Source of the DNA: Desulfatiglandales bacterium
Lineage (GTDB): Bacteria; Desulfobacterota; DSM-4660; Desulfatiglandales; Desulfatiglandaceae
NCBI GenBank assembly: GCA_963662465.1
Contig: OY759599.1
Span: 4,352,001 to 4,416,000 of the forward strand
Length of the DNA stretch: 64,000 bases
Direction: 5' to 3'
Within the stretch, counting starts at the first letter, position 1. Each line of letters opens with the position of its first letter. Below are positions 22,286 through 31,752 of this stretch, piece by piece. Both the position numbers and the translations under genes were made by a program. The notes beneath the pieces were generated by a model that was not told where the DNA came from, ran no database searches, and saw only the letters and a list, made by a program, of their open reading frames with translations.

Positions 22286-22854
22286 ACTTATATAAAATTG
22301 GCGTGTGTGTGGCTTCCGGCTCTATCCGGTGGTCAAAAAAGAAGGCCCGAAGCGGCTACTTCGGGCCTTCACCATCCATTCTACAAAGTAAATCGCATTT
22401 CCACTTAACCAAGCCTCTGTCTTGGAAGAAGAAAACCAAATCCAAAGAAAATAGATTTTATAAAAATTTATTGAAAAGTAAATCTACATCAACGACTCCT
22501 TTGCCGCCACTTATGGATCCCTCATCGTCCGCTATACCTGAGGGCCGTACTCACCGGCGGTGACAGCCAATGGTTCAATTTCCATTAGCAAACTTGGTTC
22601 AGTTTTGATTAGCGTTGAAGTCTCGGATATGAGATGAGACATTTCGACGTTTACCTGTGGGTGGAAAACGTCTTTGATAAAGAGTATCTTGCCTGGTTGT
22701 CTCCTTACAACAAAAATACCGTTGGACTCGACGGTCCACCCCGAACCTTCGGCGCAACAGTGAGCTGGCGATTTTGATGTTCAGACAACTTTCGGAGAAC
22801 AATCCCGAGCAAGGCGCTAAAAAAAACCAGCGAAGACGATGGGAGGCAAAAAAA

Positions 22855-23628
22855 TTGAAAAAAATTGCATTTATCACCGTTTGGTTTGTGTGGGGGGTTT
22901 GTTTTTGTAAAGATCTGCCCGCCTTTCCCGAAAATTTTCCGGCGAAAATCAAAAAGCCGGTGAATGAATCGATTTCCATCCGCCTGAAGACACAGAAAGC
23001 CAAGGACGAATGGGCCGGGGAACGGCTCAAGCTCAAGACGGAATATGAAGCGCTGGAACTGGAAACCAAGCTGAGAACCAAAGAAAATATCGAATTGGAA
23101 AAAAAATTGCTCCTTCTTGAGGCCTCGGTTAAAGCGCTTAAACGAGAAATTAAGGAGAGCTCCCGCCTTTCAAGGGAGCTGGCGCCTTTCCTCCAACAAA
23201 CATTTGAACGACTGGAACAATTGGTAAAGGAGGATATTCCCTTTCTGAAAGATGAACGAAAACGACGTTTGGAAAACTTGCGCCGTGTTCTGTTTGATCC
23301 CATGATTACCACGGCTGAAAAATTCAGGAAGATAATGGAAGCGTTGTCCATTGAAGCCGAATACGGCAACACCATTGAAGTATATCAGGAAAACATAACA
23401 CTGAATGGCAAAAAAATGCAGGTCGACATCTTTCGACTGGGAAGAATCTCCCTGTTTTTTCAAACCCCGGATGAAAAGACCACCGGATATTTTGATCCAG
23501 CCCTTTCGATCTGGAAGGCGCTGCCTCACCAGTATAAACATGACGTAAAAGCAGCAATGGAAATGGGCGCCAAACGGCGATCTGTAGACCTGTTGAATCT
23601 GCCGCTTGGAAAGGTGGTGGCGAGATGA
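22855..23628 (+). CDS. DUF3450 periplasmic coiled-coil protein of a TonB2-type system
   Basis: DIPFL..ER..RL, EKFRKIMEAL.IEAEYG and RLGRISL motifs; GGAGG RBS before TTG 22855. Confidence 0.8.
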   Translation: MKKIAFITVWFVWGVCFCKDLPAFPENFPAKIKKPVNESISIRLKTQKAKDEWAGERLKLKTEYEALELETKLRTKENIELEKKLLLLEASVKALKREIKESSRLSRELAPFLQQTFERLEQLVKEDIPFLKDERKRRLENLRRVLFDPMITTAEKFRKIMEALSIEAEYGNTIEVYQENITLNGKKMQVDIFRLGRISLFFQTPDEKTTGYFDPALSIWKALPHQYKHDVKAAMEMGAKRRSVDLLNLPLGKVVAR

Positions 23629-25063
23629 CGGCGAAATTCGTTTCGAGCCTTGCAGCCCTTGGAATGGTCCTGATCCTGACGGCAACGGGCGGCGCTCAGG
23701 ACATGCGGGCGCGGCAAGTGGATGCAAAAGCAAAAAGAGCGATTCTTCTCGAAAAATCAATACAAGAGAAACACCGTGCGGAAAAAGAAGCCGATGAAAC
23801 AAAACAGAAGATTCTGACAAACAAGACATTGCTAAAAAAAGAGATCGCCGGTTTGAAAAAGGCACAAAAAGAACAAACAGATAAAAACCTGAACCTGAAA
23901 AATCGCATTAAAGAACTGGAGTCCGAACAAATAACGCTAAGACAACAAAAAAATGAAGCGGAAGGGGACATGCGTGAATTGTTGGGCTTTATCCGTATCA
24001 GCGCCAAGGAAATCGCCGCCCTCATCAGCCGAAGCCTTCAGAGCGCCCTCACACCAGACCGTGAGGCGCCCTTGAAGCCGATTTTGGATGAAAAGAGATT
24101 CCCGGGGATGGATGACATTTGCGCGATAGTTGAGATCCTTTTTGATGAAATCACCCGATCCGGTGAAGTCAGAATCGAAGAAGGGTCTTTCGTGAATCGA
24201 TCGGGTGAGGAAACCTCCGGCGAAATCTTGATATTGGGCAACTTTACAGCAGCCTACAGACAGGCTGAAGAAACCGGATTTCTGCTCTATTCAGATAAGG
24301 GCAGGCGTCTTCTTGCCCTCTCCAAACTCCCCAATCGAAAAACGGCAAAGGCGCTCCGCGTTTATATGGAGGGAAAATCAGAAAATGTTCCCCTTGATAT
24401 TTCAAAAGGGGCGGCACTGCGGCAATTAACCCATCGTCCGAACCTTATGGCGCGGATTGCCAAGGGCGGACCCATTGTGTGGCCGATTCTAGGCATAGCG
24501 GTACTGGCGTTGTTAATCATCCTGGAACGAAGCTTATACCTGATCCGAAAAGACATGGGCGCCGGACGCTTGGCCAACATGGTGTGCAAGAACGCCGCTT
24601 TGCGGAAATGGGACAGATGCTGCGACCTGTGCAAACGGGGCGGGAAAAAACCGATACCTGGAATGCTCCTGGCAGGGATCAACAATCGGACCACGGGGCG
24701 GGAAGAGATGGAAAACGTTTTGCACGAGGCCATATTGAACGAAATCCCAAAGTTGGAGCGGTTTCTTTCCACTCTTGGGATGCTGGCGGCCATCTCACCG
24801 CTTTTGGGCCTTCTGGGAACCGTTACCGGCATGATCAATACCTTTCACGTGATTACCTATTTCGGCGCTGGCGACCCTAAAATGATGTCGGGAGGCATAT
24901 CCGAGGCCCTTGTGACCACCATGCTCGGTCTTTCGGTCGCCATACCCATCACATGTTGAGCCATACCCTTTTATCCGGAAAGGTGGAGAAAATGATCGCG
25001 AGGATGGAAGAAAAGGCGGTTTCCTTTGTCAATATCGTTTTCAAAACGAGAGAAGAAAAATGA
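23625..25063 (+). pseudogene. Long MotA/TolQ/ExbB (TtpC-like) protein with a 3' frameshift
   Basis: PLLGLLGTVTGMI and GGISEALVTT motifs; frame stops at 24959 (AIPITC*), while another frame continues MLSHTLLSGKVEK...TREEK* to 25063. Confidence 0.7.
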
Positions 25064-25674
25064 TCCAACTGTTTCAGAATCATATTTTTCGCATCGAAAC
25101 CATGATCGAAGCCGGCGGATTTGTCATGCCCCCCCTGATAGCGTTGTCTGTGGTCATGTGGATTCTTATCATCCACCGGGTCTTTTTCTTCAGGCGGCTA
25201 TACAGAAAAAACATGACCCGAAAAAAAGCGGCAAAATACCTGAAAGAAGGCCGATACCCAAATTTTAAGACGTACCGGGGCGCAACAGCGTTGCTTCTGA
25301 CCCGGTTCCTGGATCGAAAAAGCAATAATGCCGGTCTGAACAAGTTTATTCTGGATGAAGCGGTTTTGGATCTCATATCCTCCCTGAATCGTTATCTTTC
25401 CTTGATCGGCGTCCTTGCGACGCTGGCCCCCCTGCTCGGCTTGCTGGGCACGGTGACGGGGATGATGACAACCTTTGATGTCATCTCCGTCTTCGGAACG
25501 GGAAATGCCAAAGCCATGGCGGGCGGTATAAAAGAAGCCTTGATTACCACTCAAACCGGACTGATGGTTGCGATTCCCGGTCTCTATATGAGCCATTTTC
25601 TGAACCGCAGGGCAGAAAATCTGAAACAGCGCATCTTGGCGATTGGCAGCTATCTGCGCAGGCGTTTACGATGA
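25060..25674 (+). CDS. exbB: ExbB proton-channel protein
   Basis: APLLGLLGTVTGM, GGIKEALITTQTGL. Confidence 0.85.
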   Translation: MIQLFQNHIFRIETMIEAGGFVMPPLIALSVVMWILIIHRVFFFRRLYRKNMTRKKAAKYLKEGRYPNFKTYRGATALLLTRFLDRKSNNAGLNKFILDEAVLDLISSLNRYLSLIGVLATLAPLLGLLGTVTGMMTTFDVISVFGTGNAKAMAGGIKEALITTQTGLMVAIPGLYMSHFLNRRAENLKQRILAIGSYLRRRLR

Positions 25675-25744
25675 AAACACCGGCATCCCAAGACCGTCCT
25701 CATACAACAAATACAAGATCGAGACAATTTTTTGGAGCAACCTT

Positions 25745-26167
25745 ATGTTGAATATTGCCGCGGCTCGGAAGGGAAGAAAAAGGGTCATTGAACTGAATAT
25801 TGCGCCCCTCATCGATATGGTGTTTATCCTGCTGATATTCTTTCTGGTAACCACCAGTTTCGTCAGGGAAACCGGTGTTGACATCAACAGGCCGACTGCT
25901 GCTGCGGCAATCGGTAAAAAGAAGGCGAATATTCTCATCGGCATCACGAAAGACGATAGGATTTTCATGGACAAACGGGAAATAGACCTGCGCGCGGTCA
26001 GGGCCAATGTGGAACGCATACTGGCAGAAAACCCCGAAGGCTGCGTGGTGGTTGTCGCTGATCGGGACAGTCGAACAGGGATTGCCGTCAATGTGATAGA
26101 CGAGTGCAAACTGGCCGGTTCCAAAAACATCTCCTTGGGGGCAGGTCTGCCCGAAACATCGAAATAA
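25745..26167 (+). CDS. exbD: ExbD biopolymer transport protein
   Basis: NIAPLIDMVFILLIFFLVTTSF. Confidence 0.9.
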   Translation: MLNIAAARKGRKRVIELNIAPLIDMVFILLIFFLVTTSFVRETGVDINRPTAAAAIGKKKANILIGITKDDRIFMDKREIDLRAVRANVERILAENPEGCVVVVADRDSRTGIAVNVIDECKLAGSKNISLGAGLPETSK

Positions 26168-26180
26168 CAGCGTCGTTCAT

Positions 26181-26891
26181 ATGATAACATCCGCAAAAAA
26201 AAATAATTGTACAAGACATGGGGCTCGGCTTTTTCCTTCATGGATAGGCGCGCTGATTTTTTCCCTATTGTTCAACCTTGCGCTGTTTGACCTTATGCCC
26301 CTGTTAATGGACGATAATCCGGGCAGGCCTCCGGATATTTCGCATCTTGAGGCCGTTCATGTTGTACGCATCAAGCGACCGGAGCCGCCACGCAGAAAAG
26401 AGATCAAAACAGAAAAAACGCCGGAGAAACCGCCAAAAAAGAGATCCCCCAAAAAATCAGTTTACACCAATGAACCCATGAAAACGGCTTTGGATCTTCC
26501 CTTTGAAATAAACCGGAAATTGCCTGTCGCTGCCGCATCCTTTCAAGTCCCGCCCATGCCGATGAAGCGTTTTGTTTTGAATCCGCCGGGGCTGAAAGCA
26601 TCTTACAATGTAGGTGAAATCGATCACCCCCTAACACCCCTTTCACAGGCCCCGCCCATCTATCCCTGGCAAGCCAAACGAAGGGATATCGAAGGCCGGG
26701 TCAAGATAAGATTCATCGTTGATGAAGAAGGCCGAGTAGGCCATATCGAAATTCTGGAAAGCCATCCCAGAGAGATATTTGATGACGCCGTGGTCAGGTG
26801 CGTCTCCGGCTGGCGCTTTAAACCCGGAACCGTGGAAAACATCCCGGTCAAAACACTGACTGAAACAACCATAAAATTTAAGCTCGAATAG
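26181..26891 (+). CDS. tonB: Energy transducer TonB
   Basis: N-terminal TM, Pro/Lys-rich linker, PIYP..A...IEG.V...F and WRFKPG. Confidence 0.88.
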   Translation: MITSAKKNNCTRHGARLFPSWIGALIFSLLFNLALFDLMPLLMDDNPGRPPDISHLEAVHVVRIKRPEPPRRKEIKTEKTPEKPPKKRSPKKSVYTNEPMKTALDLPFEINRKLPVAAASFQVPPMPMKRFVLNPPGLKASYNVGEIDHPLTPLSQAPPIYPWQAKRRDIEGRVKIRFIVDEEGRVGHIEILESHPREIFDDAVVRCVSGWRFKPGTVENIPVKTLTETTIKFKLE

Positions 26892-26899
26892 GAAAACAA

Positions 26900-28240
26900 A
26901 TGATATCTTTAACATCAAGAACCGTCATCTTTCTGGTTGCCGCTTCAACCCTCCTTTTGTCGCCCCCCAAACTCCGCGCTGAAAGCCAAACGGAGTCTAT
27001 TCCGCTTCATGCACGGAGAATACTCTCCAAGACCCGGGAACTGATTGAGGAATGCAAGTACAAAGAAGCGGCTGAACGACTTCAAACCTTCAAAAAAAAG
27101 GGAGGCAAACTAAAACCGAATGAAGCCGATAAAAAAGGATTCCGACACTATCTGATTCATTTCACTTTGGGAAACTGCTATTTGATGACCGAAAACCTGA
27201 AAGAGAGCCGATCCTGTTATCGGGCATCGGTCGCCGCAAATCCTCATTTCCATGCAGGCTGGATGAACTTGGCAAAATGCTGCTATGAGATGAACGATTA
27301 TTCCGGCGCCGGTCAGGCTTTTTTAAAAGGCTATCAGACCGGTCCCGTAAAAGACCCTGAAATCCTTTATCATGGCGCAGTCTGTTTTATAGCCGCCGAA
27401 AACAGCAAAAGGGCCTTGGGCTTTCTGGAAAGATTGTTCAGGGAATATCCGTTGCGCGCTACGGTCAAATGGAGGGAAGCTATTGTTCGGGTTTATTTTT
27501 CCCTCAATCAGCCCCGAAAGGCGCTCCCCTTTATTGAACACCTTTCAGAAGATGCCGAAGGAAACAAAAAGAAGCAGTGGCAAGAGATAAGACTTCAGCA
27601 GTATATTGTGTTGAACATGGAGAAAGAAGCCTTAGGATACGGAGAACAACTGACGCGAGATGATCCGCTGGAAGCCAAATGGTGGAAAGGCCTGGCGCAT
27701 CTCCATCTCAAAAAAAAACGTTATAGACCCGCTCTGGTTGCGCTTAACATAAAGGGCTTGCTAGAACCTCTTACCCGGCAAGAGCAAATAACCCTCGCCG
27801 ATTTGAATATGACCGTCGGCATTCCCGTACAGGCGATTCGATGTTTAACAAAGATTGCCAAAGATAATTTAACGCATGATATTGCATGCCGGATTATTGA
27901 GGGATATAGCCGTCTGCACAAACCCGAAAAGGCCCTCAAATGGGTGGATATGGGTCTCCAAAAAGGGAACAACCCAAGAATTTTGATGCTGAAAGGAAAC
28001 CTCCTTTATGAACAGGGAAAATTCCAAAAGGCCAGCGCCGCTTTTGAATTGGCGGCGTTATCCAAAAAGGAAGGCCCCGGAAAGGCCTGGCTCATGGCGG
28101 GATATGCCGCATGGGAAGCTAAAGATCTGCAAAAAGCGCATAATTTCTTCAAAAATGCTGCTCGTTGCGGCAAGCAGAAGGCAGCCGCACAAAAAGCCCT
28201 GCGGCAACTGAACCGGAATATTGCTCCAATCACCAAATGA
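26900..28240 (+). CDS. Secreted TPR protein of a TonB2-type operon
   Basis: Signal peptide; helical TPR-like repeats; follows tonB. Confidence 0.7.
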   Translation: MISLTSRTVIFLVAASTLLLSPPKLRAESQTESIPLHARRILSKTRELIEECKYKEAAERLQTFKKKGGKLKPNEADKKGFRHYLIHFTLGNCYLMTENLKESRSCYRASVAANPHFHAGWMNLAKCCYEMNDYSGAGQAFLKGYQTGPVKDPEILYHGAVCFIAAENSKRALGFLERLFREYPLRATVKWREAIVRVYFSLNQPRKALPFIEHLSEDAEGNKKKQWQEIRLQQYIVLNMEKEALGYGEQLTRDDPLEAKWWKGLAHLHLKKKRYRPALVALNIKGLLEPLTRQEQITLADLNMTVGIPVQAIRCLTKIAKDNLTHDIACRIIEGYSRLHKPEKALKWVDMGLQKGNNPRILMLKGNLLYEQGKFQKASAAFELAALSKKEGPGKAWLMAGYAAWEAKDLQKAHNFFKNAARCGKQKAAAQKALRQLNRNIAPITK

Positions 28241-28527
28241 GGGAATGGGAACATTGTTGACTTTGATGCGTTAACATGTTGCCGTCAGAAAAAAAGTGAG
28301 GATAACTGATGCCGAGGGCATGTTTTGAACGATTGTGCGCGTTTCATAAAAGATCGTGCATTGCGGAAAAGACAACCCTGTCCCAACCGTTCTATTTTAC
28401 CACGCATTGCGATGGTGAAGCCTTTTTATATAGCGCACCGCATTTCGGCGCGCCTTAGACCGTCCTCCGGCATGTTTAATAGCATCAAGAAGATGTTGTA
28501 ATACACCAAAGCAAGCCAAGACACCAT

Positions 28528-28584
28528 AAAAAAGCCATGAAGGCGTACAGGTTGAAATCTGTGCTTTCTTCATGGCTTTTTTTT
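28528..28584. terminator. Intrinsic terminator-like hairpin, T-tracts on both strands
   Basis: AAAAAAGCCATGAAG...CTTCATGGCTTTTTTT, about 50 bp before ATG 28634. Confidence 0.7.
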
Positions 28585-28633
28585 GTTTTTGGATGATAAA
28601 ACCGTAAAAGTAAAAATCAGAAAGGCGGAAAAC

Positions 28634-30715
28634 ATGAAAAAGAAAGCAGTTAAAGTGATAACGGGGCTCATAATTATCCTCATGTTCTGTTCCAATTCAT
28701 ACGGCGAATCCAGTGAAAAAGACAAAATGGAGCAGTTGGAAGTCATTACCGTTACCGCCCAAAAAAAGGAAGAAAACGTTCAGAAGGTACCCATCAGCAT
28801 GGATGTTTTTTCAGAGACGGAGATGGAAGATGCAAGGATCCTGGATGTACCTGAGATGGTGCGCTTTTCCCCCAACGTGAGCATGATGGAGCGGTCCTGC
28901 GAACATATTGTCGTCATCAGAGGCATCTCGCCTTTTCGGGGAACAACCTATTCAAACGCAGGATTTTACGTGGATGATGTGAGTTATCCGTTGCATTACG
29001 GCCAAAACATTGACTTTTTCGATCTTGAACGGGCGGAAGTCCTCAAAGGCCCTCAGGGCACGCTGTATGGAAGAAACGCTGAAAGCGGCGTCATCAACAT
29101 CATTACCAAACAACCCGGAAATCAATTCAGTGGGAAGTTATTGGCCGAATACGGGAACTACAATTCATTCAGGTCCGTTGCCAATGTCAGTGGACCCGTC
29201 GTGGACGATACGCTGTACCTGGGAGGCGCGTTTCAGTTCCGGTCTTCGGACGGATATGTGGAAAACCAATCCAACGGCGACGATCGGGCCGATGATTTGA
29301 AACATTTGGCCGGACGCGCCACCTTGCGATGGACCCCATCTGATTTGTGGGACATATCTCTGATGGCGAACATCATGAATGCCGACGATCATGGCGCCGA
29401 AACCCGTTTTCTGACCGGCCCCCACGAAACAGCGCCCCATAAGGTCCGAAGGGATACCGATGCCTTCTTGAAACAGAACTGGAACAGCCAGATTATACGC
29501 GTGAAATATAACTCGGACGCCTTCGATTTTCTATCGGTTACCGGCTTGCTGTATCAGGATCTCGATAAGGTCAATGACTGCAATTTATGGGATAACCCCA
29601 AGGACAAAAGGATAAATCCCACGCAGATGAAAGAGCGGCAATACAGCCAGGAGTTCCGGATATCTTCACAGGCAGGACCCGTTGAATGGCTTGCGGGTTT
29701 ATACGGATTTATTGAGGACTCGCGCTTTAATTACAAATATGAAATTGTTTCGGCGAAAAAGATCTATATGAACCCAATTACCGATGTAGATGCCAGGGGA
29801 TGCGCCGCTTTCGGAGAGGGAACCTATACGTTTTTTGAAAAATTACACCTGACGGCGGGCCTGCGCCTGGATCATGAGGAAATGGAGGGCGATCTCAAAG
29901 ATCCGGTTCAACGTAAGGCCTACAACAAAGACCTGCGCTTTAATGAGGTCTTGCCGAAGTTTTCCCTTTCCTATGATGCTTCAAGGGAGATTATGGCCTA
30001 TGCCTCCGTATCCAAAGGCTATTTGGTGGGCGGATACAATTGGGGAATGACCGGAAGCCTGGAAACCTTTTCCTACGACCCTGAATACACCTGGAACTAT
30101 GAAACAGGCATAAAATCCACCTGGCTGAATGGCAAACTGATGGCCAACCTGTCGATTTTTTATATCTCCATTGACGACAAACAGGTTTCGGAATTACATC
30201 CAACCATTGCCATGACAACCATCACCAATGCGGCAAAAGCCCATTCCCAGGGCCTTGAGTTGGAAATTCAGGCAAAACCGATCAGAGGCTTAAACCTGTC
30301 CGCGGGATTCGGCTGCAACGAAGCCAAATTTGACAGTTTTATGGCAAACGTGTGGAACGACGCCGGCACGGCTTTGATCCAAAGGAACTATGAAGGCAAC
30401 TATCTGGCCTACGCTCCCCAATACACTTATAATGTGAGCGCCCAATATCGGACTGTCAGCGGGGTTTTCGCCCGTGCCGATTTTTTGGGAACCGGCCCCT
30501 TTTACGGAGATGCGGCAAACAAGGCCGAACAGAAGGCATACGAAACCGTAAATATGCGTCTCGGATATGAGTGGGAAGGCTTTGATTTTTCCTTTTGGGT
30601 CGAAAATATCTTCGACAAGCAGTATTGCACCTTCCTGAGCCCCTTTCAGCAATCCCTTGTGGGCATTGACGGGCCGCCTAGGACCTTCGGCGCGACGGCG
30701 GTCTGGCGATTTTGA
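28634..30715 (+). CDS. FyuA-like TonB-dependent receptor, intact paralogue
   Basis: Signal peptide, ITVTAQKKEE, LKGPQGTLYGRN, C-terminal WRF. Confidence 0.92.
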   Translation: MKKKAVKVITGLIIILMFCSNSYGESSEKDKMEQLEVITVTAQKKEENVQKVPISMDVFSETEMEDARILDVPEMVRFSPNVSMMERSCEHIVVIRGISPFRGTTYSNAGFYVDDVSYPLHYGQNIDFFDLERAEVLKGPQGTLYGRNAESGVINIITKQPGNQFSGKLLAEYGNYNSFRSVANVSGPVVDDTLYLGGAFQFRSSDGYVENQSNGDDRADDLKHLAGRATLRWTPSDLWDISLMANIMNADDHGAETRFLTGPHETAPHKVRRDTDAFLKQNWNSQIIRVKYNSDAFDFLSVTGLLYQDLDKVNDCNLWDNPKDKRINPTQMKERQYSQEFRISSQAGPVEWLAGLYGFIEDSRFNYKYEIVSAKKIYMNPITDVDARGCAAFGEGTYTFFEKLHLTAGLRLDHEEMEGDLKDPVQRKAYNKDLRFNEVLPKFSLSYDASREIMAYASVSKGYLVGGYNWGMTGSLETFSYDPEYTWNYETGIKSTWLNGKLMANLSIFYISIDDKQVSELHPTIAMTTITNAAKAHSQGLELEIQAKPIRGLNLSAGFGCNEAKFDSFMANVWNDAGTALIQRNYEGNYLAYAPQYTYNVSAQYRTVSGVFARADFLGTGPFYGDAANKAEQKAYETVNMRLGYEWEGFDFSFWVENIFDKQYCTFLSPFQQSLVGIDGPPRTFGATAVWRF

Positions 30716-30748
30716 AGGAACATGGAAACGTTGAGAATAACTTAACTG

Positions 30749-30940
30749 ATGCCGAGACATGCAAGGCTTCAAGGCTTGACACCCCGGGGGGCTTTGCATC
30801 ATGTCATTATCCGGGGAATAGAATAGAGAAGAATTGAATCCGTTTCAGGCAGGCCTCGTAAAGAAGATGCCGGAATTGGATCGATATCTGTGGTTTGGAC
30901 ATGCCGTCATTATGGGCAAAGCCAAGAACGACTGGCAAAC
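30749..30940 (+). pseudogene. Remnant of a REP-associated (Y1 HUH) tyrosine transposase
   Basis: Fragments MPRHARL-DTPG.LHHVIIRGIE and NP..AGLVK...LDRY.W.GHAVIMG, with a stop, an 8-bp duplication (CAAGGCTT x2) and an internal deletion. Confidence 0.65.
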
Positions 30941-31062
30941 GACCATACTTTTTTCTCGCAATTCGAGAATAACACAAATGTCTATATGGCGGCCAGATAT
31001 AGCTTTTAATACCGAGCATTCGGTGTTAGGTTGTGAAAAACAACAAAATAAGGAAAAATCAT

Positions 31063-31641
31063 ATGAAAACATCCCACAAAATCTTCGATGCCCCAGATAA
31101 AACTTTTGATCCTATTATGCTCAGACCAGTGGGTTTCATCCGAAACGAAATTGATGAGCCTTTTCTCAAGGCCGGAGAAGAGGGCATTGAAATGAACGAG
31201 CGGATGGCGACCGTAAAGGCCCAAGTTCGCAAAATTCGAAAAATGAAATCAGAAATCATCATCAACCCTGAGTTAGCGGGGATTCTGGAAGACATCGAAG
31301 CCTATTCCCATCTGGTAATCCTGTACTGGGCGCACAAGACGCCCGAAAAAAGCCGTTCCCTCACCCGGGTGCACCCCATGGGCAGAAAGGAAATACCCCT
31401 GACCGGTCTTTTTTCAACTTGCAGCCCGGCACGGCCCAACCCGATTCTCACAACCGTGGTTCGCTTATGCGGAAGAAAAGACAACGTCCTGGAAGTGGCC
31501 GGCATTGACGCCGTCAATGGAAGCCCCGTCATCGATATCAAACCGTATGCCAAGGAATGGTATCCTCAAAAAGAGGTTCGGACTCCGGAATGGATGCGGC
31601 GAATCATCGAAGAAGTTGGCGAAACCGACGAGGGTGCGTAA
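31063..31641 (+). CDS. TsaA/TrmO-like methyltransferase, copy 2
   Basis: Same motifs as, and visibly near-identical to, 10451-11002. Confidence 0.85.
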   Translation: MKTSHKIFDAPDKTFDPIMLRPVGFIRNEIDEPFLKAGEEGIEMNERMATVKAQVRKIRKMKSEIIINPELAGILEDIEAYSHLVILYWAHKTPEKSRSLTRVHPMGRKEIPLTGLFSTCSPARPNPILTTVVRLCGRKDNVLEVAGIDAVNGSPVIDIKPYAKEWYPQKEVRTPEWMRRIIEEVGETDEGA

Positions 31642-31752
31642 AAAGCCGAATAAAGAGTCTGGAACCGTGAACAAAACCGGAACGGACACCAGAAGAATAA
31701 AAGTGGTTTTTCCGATACTGGGGTTTATTCTGGGTTTTGCCTGGATACTCAT

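Larger units (their letters stand above)
17896..22620 (-). mobile_element. IS21-family element with passenger genes, copy 1 (4725 bp)
   Basis: Imperfect IRs CTTgggCGCTAAcCAAAAtgGAACCA / CTTcaaCGCTAAtCAAAActGAACCA; TSD TCTCGGA at 17889-17895 and 22621-22627; near-identical copy at 43596-48320. Confidence 0.92.
15964..22777 (+). pseudogene. FyuA-like TonB-dependent receptor split by an IS21-family element (15964-17895 joined to 22628-22777)
   Basis: ITVTAQKKEE and EVLKGPQGTLYGRN motifs; the missing C-terminus YEMRHFDVYLW...PRTFGATVSWRF resumes after the 7-bp duplication TCTCGGA and matches paralogue 28634-30715. Confidence 0.92.

Noticed and set aside
21844..22563. 239-aa + strand ORF (also 47544-48263) and other antisense ORFs such as 4271-5098, 18441-19034 and 22599-23375
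   Set aside because: Shadow frames opposite well-supported genes; no motifs.
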